This document shows, in pieces, positions 61,605 through 64,000 of a DNA stretch of 64,000 nucleotides. A program made the translations under genes and the position numbers. Below the pieces are notes generated by a model. That model made no database searches. It saw only the letters and a program-made list of their open reading frames with translations, and was not told where the DNA came from. How positions within the stretch are numbered: position 1 is the first letter of the stretch; the number at the start of each line of letters is the position of its first letter. Source of the DNA: the human T2T-CHM13v2.0 reference genome, Homo sapiens; NCBI RefSeq assembly GCF_009914755.1, contig NC_060928.1. One strand, 5' to 3'.

Positions 61605-62430
61605 CAGTAGTCCTCCCTTATCCTCTAGAGACACATTCCAAGACCCCTAGTGGATGCCTGAAATGTAGATAGTGCTGAGCCCAATATATACTGTGCTTTT
61701 GCTTATACATGCATACTTACGATAACATGTATACATTAGGCACAGTACGAGATTGACAACAGTAACTAATAATAAAATAAAATTATAACGGTATGCCAGC
61801 ATCACTGCTCTTGTGCTTTGGAGTCACTGCTAAGCAAAATAAGAGTTATTGAAAAAATGTGGCAAATATACACCATGGAATACTATGCAGCCATAAAAAA
61901 TGATGAGTTCATGTCCTTTGTAGGGACATGGATGAAATTGGAAATCATCATTCTCAGTAAACTATCGCAAGGACAAAAAACCAAACACCGCATGTTCTCA
62001 CTCATAGGTGGGAATTGAACAATAAGAACACATGGACACAGGAAGGGGAACATCACACTCTGGGGACTGTTGTGGGGTGGGGGGAGGGGGGAGGGATAGC
62101 ATTAGGAGATATACCTAATGCTAAATGACGAGTTAATGGGTGCAGCACACCAGCATGGCACATGTATACATATGTCACTAACCTGTACATTGTGCACATG
62201 TACCCTAAAACTTAAAGTATAATAATAATTTAAAAAAAAACAGAAAAAAAAAAGAAAACAGGTACTGCAATACTTCAACAGTTGAGCTGATAACTGAGAT
62301 GGCTACCAAATGACTGACTGGCTGGTAGCTTACACAAGGTGAATATGCTGAACGAAGGGATGATTCACGTCCGGGGAGGAACAGAGTGGGATGATGTGAT
62401 TATTTCACCATGTTACTGAGAACAATGTGA
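61605..62430. mobile_element. MER44/Tigger7-derived DNA transposon, split by a young L1 and missing one end
   Basis: TIR CAGTAGTCCTCCCTTATCC..TTCCAAGACCCCTAGTGGATGCC. The element resumes after the L1 with CTGATAACTGAGATGGCTAC..GGGATGATTCACGTCC. Confidence 0.8.
61851..62253 (+). mobile_element. 5'-truncated young L1 (L1PA2-like, ~400 bp)
   Basis: GAAATTGGAAATCATCATTCTCAGTAAAC, CACACTCTGGGGAC and TTAGGAG..GCTAAATGACGAG (not the L1HS-Ta ACA). Long A-tail and short GAAAA TSD. Confidence 0.92.
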
Positions 62431-62600
62431 CTCTGTTCCTCAATTCGAAGAACGCACACCTATGTGCTTGGCCTGTGACTTTAGTTCCACCTACACTTTA
62501 TTTCAATTCTTGTGTCTCAACTCAGGCCTTGAAAACAAAGTGCATGAAGAGCCTGTGCTTCCAAAGACACTGGCTCATTCTTGACATCAATGTTTCAACT

Positions 62601-62979
62601 TGTATTAGTCCATTTTCACACTGCTATAAAGAACTCCTTGAGACTGGGTAATTTATAAAGGAAAGCGGTTTAATTGACTCACAGTTCAGCATGGCTGTGG
62701 AAACCTCAGGAAACTTACAATCATGGCAGAAGGTAAAGAGGAAACAGGGCACCTTCTTCACAAAAACGGCAGGCAGGAGAAGTGCTGAGTAAAGGAGGGA
62801 AGACCCCTTATAAAACCATCAGATCTCGTGAGAACTCTCTCACTATCACAAGAACAGCATGGAGAAAACCGCCCCATCATTCAATTACTTCCACCTGGTC
62901 TCTCCCTTGGCAGGTGGGGATAATGGGGATTGTAATTCAAGATGAGATTTGGGTGGAGACACAAAGCCTAACCATTTCA
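62601..62979 (-). mobile_element. THE1 (THE1C/D) solo LTR
   Basis: TGTATTAGTCCATTTTCACACTGCTATAAAG...GAGATTTGGGTGGAGACACAAAGCCTAACCATTTCA, with AACT on both flanks. Confidence 0.9.
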
Positions 62980-64000
62980 AACTGGTTTCTCTTTCCACCG
63001 CACAGATTTTGGCCAAGGTTCTGACCGCTCTAACCCAATCTCTTCATCCATGGGTTCTGAGACAATAAGCAAGGCCTACTTGTCTAAGTTCTGGTCCTTA
63101 TTAGCCAATATTTCTTTGTCTGCCTCTGTCCCCCACTGGTAATAATATATGTTTATAGAATATGGTATATTATTCACAACTACTGTAAGAACATAATCAC
63201 AGTGATTATGTCAAAAGATAATAATTCTTAGGAATAAAATAAATACAAAATATTAATTTTTACAATCAATAAAAATATCCAGATTAGAGTGAATAAGAAA
63301 TAAAGAAAACATGATGTGAATGAAAAAGATGGCTATTATATTTTATGTAAATACGTGTTAAGAATGATTTATAAACTAAACTTGTAAAGAAAAACTAATG
63401 TGCTTATCAATGAACACTCTTATTAGGATATTGATTGATGACGATTTAGAACAGACAATTTTAGGAGATTGCTTAGAAACAGACAATTCCATTAAGCAAC
63501 TTTAATCCTTTGTCTTTTATACATTAATTATGTTTACTTGCTACCAACTTGATGTGGAATATCTTTGTGTAGAGAGTTTTTTTTTTTATTGCTTTATGGA
63601 ACAGTAAGCCCAAACAGTTGAAAGGCAGCAATTGAAATCATTGTGGAGAAGATTCAATCTTGTAGCAGGGATTGTCAATGCTGCTCAAAAAAGAGATGAC
63701 GTTTCAGGGTAGAACCTTACCAAAGGTCAAAATGTGGGGGAATAGAGGACAGACACAAAATCACCTCATAAGAGGTTGCTGCTCAAGGGTGAGAGGTTTG
63801 GTGAATCAATGTATAAAAGATATTGAAAATCTATAGTTTAAATAGAGTATAAGGAACAGATTTAAAATTAGTAACAGAGGATGAAGAATAAGCTGTGAGC
63901 AATAAGGTAGTAATCAATTAAGACTCTTTAGAATAGCCACACTGTGATTATTTTAAAAACAGGATTAACACTATTGTGAGGAAAATGCCAGAAAAAGTAA

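Noticed and set aside
62073-62096. G-quadruplex-forming tract (also ~845-866 on the minus strand and ~58738-58759)
   Set aside because: A standard feature of L1PA 3'UTRs.

Overview
This is primate (human-like) AT-rich, L1-dense, Alu-poor genomic DNA. I see no recognisable host protein-coding exon, tRNA, rRNA or CRISPR array. Most of the window is nested transposable-element fossils. L1s: a full-length but disabled L1PA3/4 (697-6850, minus, perfect 16-bp TSD), 5'-truncated L1PA5-like and L1PA2-like copies, and older L1PA8-16/L1PB/L1MA/L1M pieces. Solo LTRs: MER52, MST x3, THE1, MLT2A1, MLT2, MLT1, LTR16 x2. SINEs and others: Alu, FLAM, FAM, MIR, L2, and DNA transposons (Charlie1, MER58A, MER44). 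Every recognisable protein in the ORF track is L1-derived. I found no convincing novel biological system. The best observations are: (1) a ~200-bp locally templated inverted copy inserted into the (TA)n of the MLT2A1 LTR; (2) a ~400-bp non-repeat, 3'UTR-like filler joining two different L1 subfamilies at almost the same ORF2 position; (3) an open ORF0 and a 17-bp duplication in the ZNF93-target segment of the full-length L1; (4) a possible spliced non-coding exon pair at 20.7-22.2 kb; (5) a perfect 56-bp tandem duplication; (6) a putative enhancer at 40.4-40.9 kb. Subfamily names come from my recollection of consensus sequences, and boundaries without TSDs are approximate. Both need RepeatMasker/Dfam confirmation.
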